DNA from: Armatimonadota bacterium
Lineage (GTDB): Bacteria > Armatimonadota > Chthonomonadetes > Chthonomonadales > CAJBBX01
Assembly: GCA_026392115.1 (NCBI GenBank)
Contig: JAPLCQ010000035.1
Span: 2,914 to 66,913, forward strand
DNA: 64,000 bases
Reading direction: 5' to 3'
The position numbers were made by a program, and so were the translations under genes. This document shows positions 17,796 to 25,862 of the stretch, in pieces. Numbering within the stretch: position 1 is the first letter of the stretch; each line of letters begins with the position of its first letter. The notes under the pieces were generated by a model, which was given only the letters and a program-made list of their open reading frames with translations, searched no databases and was not told where the DNA came from.

Positions 17796-17836
17796 TTCAG
17801 TTGTCGACCCGGCAACTCAGCGACCGGACTTACGAC

Positions 17837-18163
17837 CTACTCTACCAGACGCTGCAGCTTCTCGGCAATGGCTTTCTTCGGCAGCGCGCCGACGATCTGG
17901 TCGACCATCTTTCCGTCTTTGAAGAAGAGCAGCGTGGGGATGGACATGATGCCGTACTTGCCCGCCACCTCTCCCTCGGTGTCCACGTCGACCTTGAAGA
18001 CCTTCGCCTTGCCCTCGAACTCGGCGGCGACGGCGTCGACGTGCGGCGCGATCTGGCGGCACGGCCCACACCAGGTGGCCCAGAAGTCGACAAGGACGGG
18101 AACGGTGGACTGCAGGACTTCGGTCTCGAAGTCGGCGGACGTGACGGCTTTGGCGGCGCTCAT
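17837..18163 (-). CDS. trxA: Thioredoxin
   Basis: 108 aa with the WCGPC active site. Confidence 0.95.
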   Translation of the reverse strand: MSAAKAVTSADFETEVLQSTVPVLVDFWATWCGPCRQIAPHVDAVAAEFEGKAKVFKVDVDTEGEVAGKYGIMSIPTLLFFKDGKMVDQIVGALPKKAIAEKLQRLVE

Positions 18164-18204
18164 GCAAGTACTCTCCTTAGATGGTCTGCCCTCGTTTCCG
18201 AGGG

Positions 18205-18234
18205 GTTATACGCTAACGGCTCCCGAGGAGTCAA
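18205..18234 (-). promoter_or_regulatory. Candidate promoter of trxA
   Basis: TTGACT (18234-18229), an 18-nt spacer, then TATAAC (18210-18205). Confidence 0.5.
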
Positions 18235-18248
18235 CCGGAACCGGTCAC

Positions 18249-19439
18249 TCAGGCGACCAAACCCATGCTTCGGCCGACGCGGCCCATGGTCTGCAGGGCC
18301 TCATCGAGCTCCTCGAGGCTGTGCGAGGCGTTGGGCATGGTTCGGATGCGGGCCCTGCCCCGCGGCACGGTGGGGAAGACCACGGCCAACGCCAGCACTC
18401 CCTCGGCCATCAGCCTGCGCTGTAGCTCAAGGGCCTTCGCCTCGCTGCCGGTCATGATGGGCGTGATCGGGGTCTCCGTGACGCCGATGTCGAAGCCCAT
18501 GGCCTTCAGGCCGCCCTGCCAGTGCCGCGTATTCGCCCAGAGCCGCTCGGTGAAGCTCGGGTCGGTCTCCATCAGGTCCAGCGCGGCTAAGATGGCTCCC
18601 GCCACGGCCGGCGGGTGGGCCGTGCTGAAGAGGAATGGCCGCGCGCGCTGCACGAGCCAGTCCCGGAGGAGCGCGCGGCCGGCGATGTAGCCGCCCATGA
18701 CCCCAACCGCCTTCGAGAGCGTGCCCAGCTGCACATCGACGCGCTGGTGGACGCCGAAGTGGTAGGCGGTGCCGCGACCGCCGCCCAACACGCCGGAGCC
18801 GTGGGCATCGTCCACCATCACGGCCGCGTCGTAGCGCTCGGCAAGCTCCACGATGTCGGGCAGGGGCGCCACGTCGCCGTCCATGCTGAAGACGCCGTCG
18901 GTGATGATGAGCCGCTTCTCGGAGGCCTTGCAGCGCTGCAAGGCCTCCTCCAGCGAGTTCATGTCGCGATGCTTGTAGACGGGCCGTTGGTCGGACGGCA
19001 ATCCTGCGAGGCGGCATCCGTCGATTATGCTGGCGTGGTTCAGTTCGTCCGAGATGATGGCATCGGCCTTGGTGATGATCGTGGGGATTGTGCCCGCGTT
19101 GGCCGTGAAGCCGGACTGGAACACGATGGCCGCCTCCACGTGCTTGAATGCCGCGATTCGGCGCTCCAGCTCCTGGTGAATCTCCATGGTTCCGATGATG
19201 GTCCGCACAGCGCCCGCGCCGGCCCCCCAACGCTCCACCGCCTCGATGGCGGCCTGCTTCAGCTTCGGGTGGTTGGCCAGGCCAAGGTAGGTGTTGGAGG
19301 CCAGGTTGATGACCCGGCGTCCCTCCACCGTGATGCTGCCGCCCTGCGGGGATTGGACCTCCACCAGCGGCTTGTACAGGTGCTGCTCGTGCAGCGCGTC
19401 CAGCTGATTGCCCAGCCAGTCGCCAAGCGTCTTGTTCAC
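18249..19439 (-). CDS. kbl: Glycine C-acetyltransferase / 2-amino-3-ketobutyrate CoA ligase (alpha-oxoamine synthase family)
   Basis: Contains NTYLGLANHP, TIIGTMEIHQELE, DDAHGSG and the PLP lysine in GTLSKAVG. The GTG start has GAGGAG 7 nt upstream. Confidence 0.85.
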   Translation of the reverse strand: MNKTLGDWLGNQLDALHEQHLYKPLVEVQSPQGGSITVEGRRVINLASNTYLGLANHPKLKQAAIEAVERWGAGAGAVRTIIGTMEIHQELERRIAAFKHVEAAIVFQSGFTANAGTIPTIITKADAIISDELNHASIIDGCRLAGLPSDQRPVYKHRDMNSLEEALQRCKASEKRLIITDGVFSMDGDVAPLPDIVELAERYDAAVMVDDAHGSGVLGGGRGTAYHFGVHQRVDVQLGTLSKAVGVMGGYIAGRALLRDWLVQRARPFLFSTAHPPAVAGAILAALDLMETDPSFTERLWANTRHWQGGLKAMGFDIGVTETPITPIMTGSEAKALELQRRLMAEGVLALAVVFPTVPRGRARIRTMPNASHSLEELDEALQTMGRVGRSMGLVA

Positions 19440-19488
19440 GGCACATCTCCTCGGAGCGGGGCCGCCCTGGTGGACCGCCCCGGCGATG

Positions 19489-20790
19489 CTACCTACCGAC
19501 GTCCTCGTCTATGTACTCAAACTCGAAGCCCCCGATGGTGACGGTGTCGCCGTCGACGGCGCCCTCCAGGGCCAGCTTGCGGTAGACGCCCAGCCGTTCC
19601 ATGGTGCGTTGCAGGCGAACCAGGGCGTACTCGTTCTCCAAGTCCGTGCGCCGGGTCAGCCGATCGAGCGCCTCGCCGGCAACGATCCAGGCGTTGGGCC
19701 CGCTCTTCTCGACGTGCCAGTCCTTCAGGTGCGCCGTTTCGGGTGGCCCGAAGTGGGCCACGTCGTCGGGTATGACGCCCGGCGTCGGGGCCGGGGTGGC
19801 CTGTAGGGCCTCCCACAGCGCGAAGAGCCACGGGCGCAGGCCCTGGTGCGTGGCCGCGGAGACGCAGAAGACGCGACATCCGCGCGCCTCCAGGTCCTGC
19901 GTGACCCGGGTCACCAGATCCTCGCTGCCGGCCACATCGACCTTGTTGAGAGTGACGATCTGCGGAGCCTCGGCCAGGTTCTCGTCGTAGGCGCGCAACT
20001 CGCGGTTCAGGACATCATAGTCCTCCAGCGGGTCGCGGTCGGTGAGGCCCGATACGTCGAGGACGTGGGCGAGCACGCGCGTACGCTCGATGTGGCGAAG
20101 GAACCGCAGCCCCAGACCCGCGCCTTTGTGCGCGCCTTCGATGAGTCCCGGCATGTCCGCCATGACGAACGAGCGACCGTCGTCCACGGCCACGACGCCC
20201 AGGTTCGGAACCAGCGTCGTGAAGGGGTAGTCCGCAATCTTCGGGCGCGCGGCCGATACGGCGGCGATGAGGGTCGACTTGCCCACGCTGGGGAACCCGA
20301 TGATGCCCACATCGGCCAGCAGCTTCAGGTCCAGCCGCAGCTTGGCCGTGACGCCGGGCTCGCCCTTCTCGGCGAACCGAGGCGTCTGGCGCACGGCGGT
20401 CGCGAAGTGCGAGTTGCCCTTGCCGCCACCGCCGCCCTTGGCGACCACGAAGTGCATCACGGGCGGCGCCATGTCCACGACGAGTTGGCCGGTCTTCGCG
20501 TCATACACCTGGGTGCCTGGAGGGACGCGGAGGACGAGGTCCTGCCCGTTCTTTCCCGACATGTCCTTGCTCTGTCCGTCGCCGCCGCGGTCTGCGTGGT
20601 AGCGGCTCTTGTAGCGGAAGTCCAGCAGCGTGGAGAGGCTCAGGTCGATCTCGATGATGATGGAACCGCCCCGTCCGCCATCGCCGCCATTGGGGCCGCC
20701 CCGGGGAACGCATTTTTCGCGGCGAAACGAAACGGCTCCGTTGCCGCCGTCGCCGGCTTTGACATCGATCTCGACTTGGTCGACAAACAT
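19489..20790 (-). CDS. obg: GTPase Obg/CgtA
   Basis: Contains MFVDQVEIDVKAGDGGNGAVSFRREK, a Gly-rich Obg fold, G1 (GFPSVGKST), G4 (NKVD) and the C-terminal OCT domain. Confidence 0.9.
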   Translation of the reverse strand: MFVDQVEIDVKAGDGGNGAVSFRREKCVPRGGPNGGDGGRGGSIIIEIDLSLSTLLDFRYKSRYHADRGGDGQSKDMSGKNGQDLVLRVPPGTQVYDAKTGQLVVDMAPPVMHFVVAKGGGGGKGNSHFATAVRQTPRFAEKGEPGVTAKLRLDLKLLADVGIIGFPSVGKSTLIAAVSAARPKIADYPFTTLVPNLGVVAVDDGRSFVMADMPGLIEGAHKGAGLGLRFLRHIERTRVLAHVLDVSGLTDRDPLEDYDVLNRELRAYDENLAEAPQIVTLNKVDVAGSEDLVTRVTQDLEARGCRVFCVSAATHQGLRPWLFALWEALQATPAPTPGVIPDDVAHFGPPETAHLKDWHVEKSGPNAWIVAGEALDRLTRRTDLENEYALVRLQRTMERLGVYRKLALEGAVDGDTVTIGGFEFEYIDEDVGR

Positions 20791-20824
20791 GGGTCTCGTT
20801 TCAGCGCCTGCCACCGTGGCGGCG

Positions 20825-20863
20825 CACAAACAAAGAAAGGGGTGACGCGCAAGCGTCACCCCT
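20825..20863 (-). terminator. Strong intrinsic terminator between rpmA and obg
   Basis: In the RNA, AGGGGUGACGC-UUGC-GCGUCACCCCU forms a perfect 11-bp stem (20863-20838), followed by UUCUUUGUUUGUG (20837-20825). Confidence 0.8.
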
Positions 20864-20878
20864 CTCGGAACCTGGCGC

Positions 20879-21169
20879 CTAGACTGCGGGCGCCGCTACC
20901 TCGGCCACCACCGCCGCTTCGTGCGGATAGACGCTGACCTTGCGGCTGCCCTTCGGCCCCTCGAACTTAACGGTGCCGTCCTTCAGCGCGAACAGGGTGT
21001 GGTCGCGGCCCAGCCCAACGTTCTTGCCGGGGCGGAACGGGGTGCCGCGCTGGCGAACGAGGATCGCGCCGCAACGCACCTCGTGCCCCGCAAACTCCTT
21101 CACGCCCAGACGCTTTGGATTGCTGTCGCGCCCGTTGCGCGAGCTTCCTACGCCCTTCTTATGTGCCAT
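20879..21169 (-). CDS. rpmA: 50S ribosomal protein L27 (no N-terminal propeptide)
   Basis: [32 protein letters not shown] Shine-Dalgarno lies upstream. Confidence 0.95.
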   Translation of the reverse strand: MAHKKGVGSSRNGRDSNPKRLGVKEFAGHEVRCGAILVRQRGTPFRPGKNVGLGRDHTLFALKDGTVKFEGPKGSRKVSVYPHEAAVVAEVAAPAV

Positions 21170-21214
21170 AGCAGAACTCCTTCTATGATGCGCCGGCCAA
21201 GGCCAAGGAGGGCT

Positions 21215-21526
21215 CTAGACCGTGATGGCTGTAACCTTCAGCTTCGTGTACGGCTGTCGATGGCCGTAATGGCGCTGCGTCCCCTTGGTCGGGCGGTAGG
21301 TGTAGCCGTGTATCTTCTTACCGAGGCCATGCTCCATGATCGTCGCCGTCACGGTGGCGCCCGGCACCACAGGCTGGCCGATCGTAACGCCGTCGCCGTC
21401 AGCGACCATGAGCACGTCCGTCAACTGCAGGGTTTCGCCGACTTCACCCGTGAGCTTCTCGACGCTGAAAACGGTCTTCTCGTTCACCCTGTACTGCTTG
21501 CCGCCTGTTCGCACTATCGCGTACAC
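21215..21526 (-). CDS. rplU: 50S ribosomal protein L21
   Basis: GTG 21526 gives the canonical N-terminus (M)YAIVRTGGKQYRV, with GGAGG 8 nt upstream. The track start ATG 21541 would add five residues and contains that Shine-Dalgarno sequence. Confidence 0.9.
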   Translation of the reverse strand: MYAIVRTGGKQYRVNEKTVFSVEKLTGEVGETLQLTDVLMVADGDGVTIGQPVVPGATVTATIMEHGLGKKIHGYTYRPTKGTQRHYGHRQPYTKLKVTAITV

Positions 21527-21583
21527 GTTGCCGTCCTCCATTCTCTACGCCGCCACGACCCTGTCTGGAGGGTCAATCACACA

Positions 21584-21617
21584 GGAGCGCTCCTCCGGCA
21601 CGCCGGAGGAGCGCTCC
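21584..21617 (-). promoter_or_regulatory. Perfect 15-bp hairpin in the rplU 5' leader (candidate r-protein autoregulatory or processing element)
   Basis: GGAGCGCTCCTCCGG (21584-21598), loop CACG, then CCGGAGGAGCGCTCC (21603-21617). It lies between the predicted TSS (~21663) and the rplU start. Confidence 0.5.
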
Positions 21618-21669
21618 CTGGCGACTTGGTGCGGCCGCCAACCTAGCGCAATGCCGCAGACAGACCAGT

Positions 21670-21698
21670 ATTATGCGCTATCGAGCCGCTCCTGTCAA
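21670..21698 (-). promoter_or_regulatory. Near-consensus promoter for rplU-rpmA
   Basis: TTGACA (21698-21693, overlapping the rng stop codon), a 17-nt spacer, then CATAAT (21675-21670). Confidence 0.65.
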
Positions 21699-23473
21699 CC
21701 GCGCGACGACATCGGAGCGCCTTCCGCGAAGGATCGGCGCACGCTGTCGATGCGCACCCTCAGTTTGGGCTGGTTGCACCGGGTTGTATCGTCCAGTGCG
21801 ACAAGCATCCCGTCAGCCCAGCCCACGCACGCGGGCGCCTGCTCCAGGGCAGACTGCGTGATGGTGAGCTCGACCACCTGACCCCGCCGCGGACCGGCCA
21901 GGCGCCGGTCGAACTCCGCGATGGTGCCGGGGGTGATGGTGTGGGTCTCCACGTGCAGGTCATGCTTGCAGCGGACATAGACGGCCGCCCTGAGTTCGGA
22001 CTCAAGCCGATCCACGTTGGAGCCCTGCTCCCCGACGAGGATCTCCGCCACCTCGGGGCTGCACTCCACCAGGAACGCTTCCTTGCCCGCCTTGGCCGAA
22101 CGGACGGCCTGTTGCAGGGCGTGCTCCACCTGAATGGAGACGGTCTCCGGGCTCGAGACCTTGCCGCGCCCCTGGCAGTGCGGGCACGCGTCGGTCATGA
22201 AGCCGGCGAACGTCTCGGCCGTGCGCTTGCGGGTCATCTCCACCAGGCCCAGGGGGCTGATGTTGCTGATCTTGGTCCGGCTCCGGTCGCGGCTCAGTGC
22301 CGTTTCCAGGGTCTTGATGACCTGCTGCTTGTCGCGCGCGTTGTTCATGTCGATGAAGTCGATGACGATGATCCCGCCAATATCTCGGATGCGGAGTTGC
22401 CGTGCGATCTCGGCCGCCGCGTCCATGTTGGTGCGCAGGATCGTCTCGCCCAAGCTGTGGCCGCCCGTGAACTTGCCGCTGTTCACGTCGATCACGGTCA
22501 GGGCCTCGGTCTCGTCGATGATCAGGTAACCGCCCGACTTGAGCCACACCTTCCGGCGCAGGCTCTTCTCGATCTCCGGTTCAACGCCGAACTGGTCGAA
22601 GATCGGCGTCTCATCGGAGTAGAGCTGCAGCCGCCCGCGGAGCTTGGGCGACACCATGCCCAGCAGGTCGTGTGCCTTGGCGTATTCCACCGGGTCGTTG
22701 ATGACCAGGCGGCTCACGTCCGACCCGAAGATGTCGCGCAGGGTCTGGTAGATCAGCGTGAAGTCCTGATGGATCAGCGCCGGCGCCCGCGTCTTCGCGG
22801 CGTGCCCGGTAATCTGTAGCCAGAGGTTCTTCAGGAACTCCTTGTCGGCCACCAGGTCGGCTTCCGGCTTGTCCTCGGCCTCGGTACGGATGATGATGCC
22901 GTAACCCGGCTCGCGCATCCGCTCGCCGATCTTCTTCAGCCGGTCACGCTCCGAGCCCTCGGTGATCTTCCGAGAGACGCCGACGTTGTCCGCATCGGGC
23001 ATCAGCACCAGGTAGTGTCCCGGCAACGAGATCAGCGTGGAGACGCGTGCGCCCTTGGTGCCGCGCGGCCCCTTGGTAACCTGAACCAGGATATCCTGGC
23101 CGACCTTCAGCACCTCATTGATGCGCTGGCGGCGTCGGCTTCCGCGCCGAAGCAGCTTGGAGTTTCGTCCATGCCCGTCGCGGCCCTTCGCATCCGCATC
23201 GTTGTCGTCATCGTCGTAATCGTCCTGTGCCGCGGGCTCTGACGACGACTGCGTCGGCAGCACGTCGCCGACGTAGAGGAAGGCGTTGCGGCCCAACCCG
23301 ATGTCCACGAACGCCGCGTCCATACCGGGTCGAATGGTGTCGACGCGCGCCTTGTACACGTTGCCGACGACGCGCTCTTCGCGCTCGACGTGCAGCTCTG
23401 CGAGCTTACCGTCCTCCAGCACGGCGATGCGCGTCTCGCGCTCGCCGACATCGATCAAAATCTGTTTGTCGAT
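21695..23473 (-). CDS. rng: Ribonuclease E/G family protein (RNase G-like), possibly starting at a non-canonical ATC (the first canonical start is TTG 23458)
   Basis: Contains an S1 domain (GNVYKARVDTIRPGMDAAFVDIG), an acidic/basic insert, and the catalytic core (VIDFIDM, TALSRDRSRT, CPHCQGRG). AGGAGG (23488-23483) lies 9 nt before ATC 23473 and 24 nt before TTG 23458. Confidence 0.85.
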   Translation of the reverse strand: MDKQILIDVGERETRIAVLEDGKLAELHVEREERVVGNVYKARVDTIRPGMDAAFVDIGLGRNAFLYVGDVLPTQSSSEPAAQDDYDDDDNDADAKGRDGHGRNSKLLRRGSRRRQRINEVLKVGQDILVQVTKGPRGTKGARVSTLISLPGHYLVLMPDADNVGVSRKITEGSERDRLKKIGERMREPGYGIIIRTEAEDKPEADLVADKEFLKNLWLQITGHAAKTRAPALIHQDFTLIYQTLRDIFGSDVSRLVINDPVEYAKAHDLLGMVSPKLRGRLQLYSDETPIFDQFGVEPEIEKSLRRKVWLKSGGYLIIDETEALTVIDVNSGKFTGGHSLGETILRTNMDAAAEIARQLRIRDIGGIIVIDFIDMNNARDKQQVIKTLETALSRDRSRTKISNISPLGLVEMTRKRTAETFAGFMTDACPHCQGRGKVSSPETVSIQVEHALQQAVRSAKAGKEAFLVECSPEVAEILVGEQGSNVDRLESELRAAVYVRCKHDLHVETHTITPGTIAEFDRRLAGPRRGQVVELTITQSALEQAPACVGWADGMLVALDDTTRCNQPKLRVRIDSVRRSFAEGAPMSSRG

Positions 23474-23493
23474 ACTAAGTCACCTCCTTTCTG

Positions 23494-24396
23494 TCATATT
23501 TGGTCGTCTTCCGTCTCGTCTTGCTCCGGCGCCACGCCCGAAGGTGCGCTTCCGGAGCCGAAAAGCCGCGCCCGCACGATGGCGGCGACGCGGCACTCCG
23601 GCGCACGGGCCTCCAGCAGCGCGCCCAGTTCCGAGGGGCGCACGCCGCCGTTTTGACGCACTTCGACGGTGATCCGCACCGAGCCGGCTTCCGCCGATGC
23701 GGCGTGGAGGAACGGGCGGGCGTCGAACGCGATGATGCGCCGGTCCTTCTCGCGCGTCACGGGCAACGTCTCCGCGCCCATCAGCGCCTCGGCGCCGGCT
23801 TGAGCCGCCTCGTGCGGACCGCGCACCGCCATGACGTACTCGGCCCGATCGTATTCGGCGAGCACAGACCCCGCGGTGGAGGTACCCATTGCCTCGGCGT
23901 TCAGGATTTCGAACCCGGACGGGAGGACCGAGTTGAGGCCGTTGCAAACATCCTGTGGCGTCGCGGTCCCGCTCAGGAGCACAACCGCAGCCTCCCGGTC
24001 GCCCGTGACGCCCACGGGTAGCGGGCTGGCGAAGGCGAGGCGGATGCGTGGGTTGTAGCCCTCGGTGTAAGCTACCGGGAGGTCGGTCCGGCGGAACGCG
24101 CGCTCGAATGCGCGCATCACGTCCAGATGGCCCAGCCAGCGAGCCGGCTCGAGCTTACGGTAGCGCAGCAGAACAGCGGCGGGCCTGGCGGCTCCGTCGC
24201 GCGAGGGAAGGGCTTCTACACCGGCGCCGGCGATGGTCAGCGGAACTCCTCGGTGACCCCAAGGGGAAGGACCGGAGCGCGGGATGTCGACCTCCGGTCC
24301 GAGGTCGGATATTATGATACCCGCGCCGCCCCATGCGCCGCCGTCTGAATCGCGGCTCGTACGCCGACCCCATTGCATACGGCCCATCGGAGTCAC
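23494..24396 (-). CDS. DUF2344 / TIGR03936-type protein (radical-SAM-associated family)
   Basis: The conserved core is LLRYRKLEPARWLGHLDVMRAFERAFRRTDLPVAYTEGYNPRIRLAFASPLPVG. The first ~55 residues of the track ORF look non-coding. GAGGAG (24251-24246) lies 5 nt before a CTG at 24240, so the true start is uncertain. Confidence 0.65.
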   Translation of the reverse strand: MTPMGRMQWGRRTSRDSDGGAWGGAGIIISDLGPEVDIPRSGPSPWGHRGVPLTIAGAGVEALPSRDGAARPAAVLLRYRKLEPARWLGHLDVMRAFERAFRRTDLPVAYTEGYNPRIRLAFASPLPVGVTGDREAAVVLLSGTATPQDVCNGLNSVLPSGFEILNAEAMGTSTAGSVLAEYDRAEYVMAVRGPHEAAQAGAEALMGAETLPVTREKDRRIIAFDARPFLHAASAEAGSVRITVEVRQNGGVRPSELGALLEARAPECRVAAIVRARLFGSGSAPSGVAPEQDETEDDQI

Positions 24397-24398
24397 CC

Positions 24399-25853
24399 AT
24401 GTTCATCCGGAAGTTGCGTCGCCTTGCCTTCGCCGCGGTCGTCGCCGCTCTCGCCGCGCATGCCGCCTCCGCGCCGGCGGCGACGCTCCAAGACCGCGTC
24501 GCACGGCTACTGGCATCGCCGAACCTGGCGGGCGGCATCCAGGGCGTGGTGGTCCGCTCGCTGCGCACGGGCAGCGATCTGGTCAGCGTCAACGCCGACC
24601 TGCGCTTCATGCCGGCCAGCAATATGAAGCTCGTAACGTCCGGCGCCTACCTCAGCCTCGTGGGGTTGCAGACGCCCTTCAGGACACGCGTCGTTACGAC
24701 CGCCGGATTGGATGAGCGGGGCGTCCTGCGCGGGGACATGGCGCTGGTGGGCGGCGGCGACCCGCTGCTCGACACCGCGGCGCTCAAGGGGCTGGCGGAG
24801 GCCGTGAAGCGCGCCGGCGTGAGCGCCGTCACGGGTCGCATCATAGGCGACGCCTCGGTCTTCGAGGAGCAGCGCTACGGCGACGGCTGGTCTTGGGACG
24901 ATATGCCCTACTACTACTCCGTCCCCGTGACGGGCCTCAACGTCAATGAGAACGTGGTTCGCGTGGCAGCGCTGCCCGGACGGCGCACCGGGGACCGCGT
25001 GCAGGTGACGAGGGCCCTGGCGCCGCCCTGGCAGAAGGTGCGCGTCTCGGCCCTGACCGGCGCCAAGGGCTCCGCGTCGTCGCTCAACATCTGGCGCGAA
25101 CTGGTGCACGACGTGGTGCGCGTGGACGGCGCGTTGGCGCTGGAGGCCCCGGAGGCCGATCGGAAGCCCGAGCCGATCTCCGTGGAGGATCCGCCCCGCT
25201 ATGCCGCCTGGCTCTTCCGCAAGTGCCTGGTCGAGGCCGGCGTGGAGGTGTCCGGGGGCTGGGTTGCCGGTCGCGCGCCCGATAACGGTCGTCCGCTGGC
25301 CGAGCATACCGGCGCCGCCGCGGCCGACCTGATGAAGAGCCTGAACAAGCCTAGCGATAACCTGGTGGCAGAGTGTCTGTTGCGCCAGATCGGCCGCATG
25401 AAGGGCAAGGCGGGTTCGGCCGTGGCGGGCCGCACAGCGGTGGCCGAGTGGCTCAAGTCGATCGGGGTCGCCGACCGCGACGTGGCCATGTTCGACGGCT
25501 CGGGCCTGTCCCGTCAGGATCTAGTGACGCCGCGCGCCATCGTGACGCTGCTTGGGCACATGCGCGCCGCGCCGGCGGCGTCGGCGTTCGTCGACTCGCT
25601 GCCGATCGCCGGGGTGGACGGTTCGCTCCGCAACCGCATGAAGGGAACGCCCGCCCAGGCCAACTGCCACGCAAAGACGGGCTACGTCATGCACGCCAGT
25701 TCGCTGTCGGGCTACGTGAACGCTGCCGACGGTGAGCCGCTGGTCTTCTCCATCCTGATGAACCACCACAACGCCCGCAACGCCCAGGCCATGGCCGTGC
25801 AGGACGAGATCGTGCTGGAACTGGCGCGCGCCACGGGGCTGGGAGGCCTGTAG
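24399..25853 (+). CDS. dacB: D-alanyl-D-alanine carboxypeptidase/endopeptidase (PBP4, peptidase S13)
   Basis: Has a signal peptide (MFIRKLRRLAFAAVVAALAAHAASA), SxxK (ASNMKL), DGSGLS and KTGY motifs. Confidence 0.85.
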   Translation: MFIRKLRRLAFAAVVAALAAHAASAPAATLQDRVARLLASPNLAGGIQGVVVRSLRTGSDLVSVNADLRFMPASNMKLVTSGAYLSLVGLQTPFRTRVVTTAGLDERGVLRGDMALVGGGDPLLDTAALKGLAEAVKRAGVSAVTGRIIGDASVFEEQRYGDGWSWDDMPYYYSVPVTGLNVNENVVRVAALPGRRTGDRVQVTRALAPPWQKVRVSALTGAKGSASSLNIWRELVHDVVRVDGALALEAPEADRKPEPISVEDPPRYAAWLFRKCLVEAGVEVSGGWVAGRAPDNGRPLAEHTGAAAADLMKSLNKPSDNLVAECLLRQIGRMKGKAGSAVAGRTAVAEWLKSIGVADRDVAMFDGSGLSRQDLVTPRAIVTLLGHMRAAPAASAFVDSLPIAGVDGSLRNRMKGTPAQANCHAKTGYVMHASSLSGYVNAADGEPLVFSILMNHHNARNAQAMAVQDEIVLELARATGLGGL

Positions 25854-25862
25854 CCCCCCGGA

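Noticed and set aside
17581-17836. The 256-nt intergenic region, first considered as an SRP/4.5S-like RNA or simply the trxA terminator.
   Set aside because: It lacks the SRP helix-8 motifs (GGAAGCAGCC). The sequence instead matches the TPP riboswitch block for block, and the hairpin is its expression platform.
21170-21214. An expected ysxB/Prp (L27 propeptide protease) gene between rplU and rpmA, as in Firmicutes.
   Set aside because: The gap is only 45 nt, and L27 starts directly with MAHKKG, so no propeptide or protease is expected.
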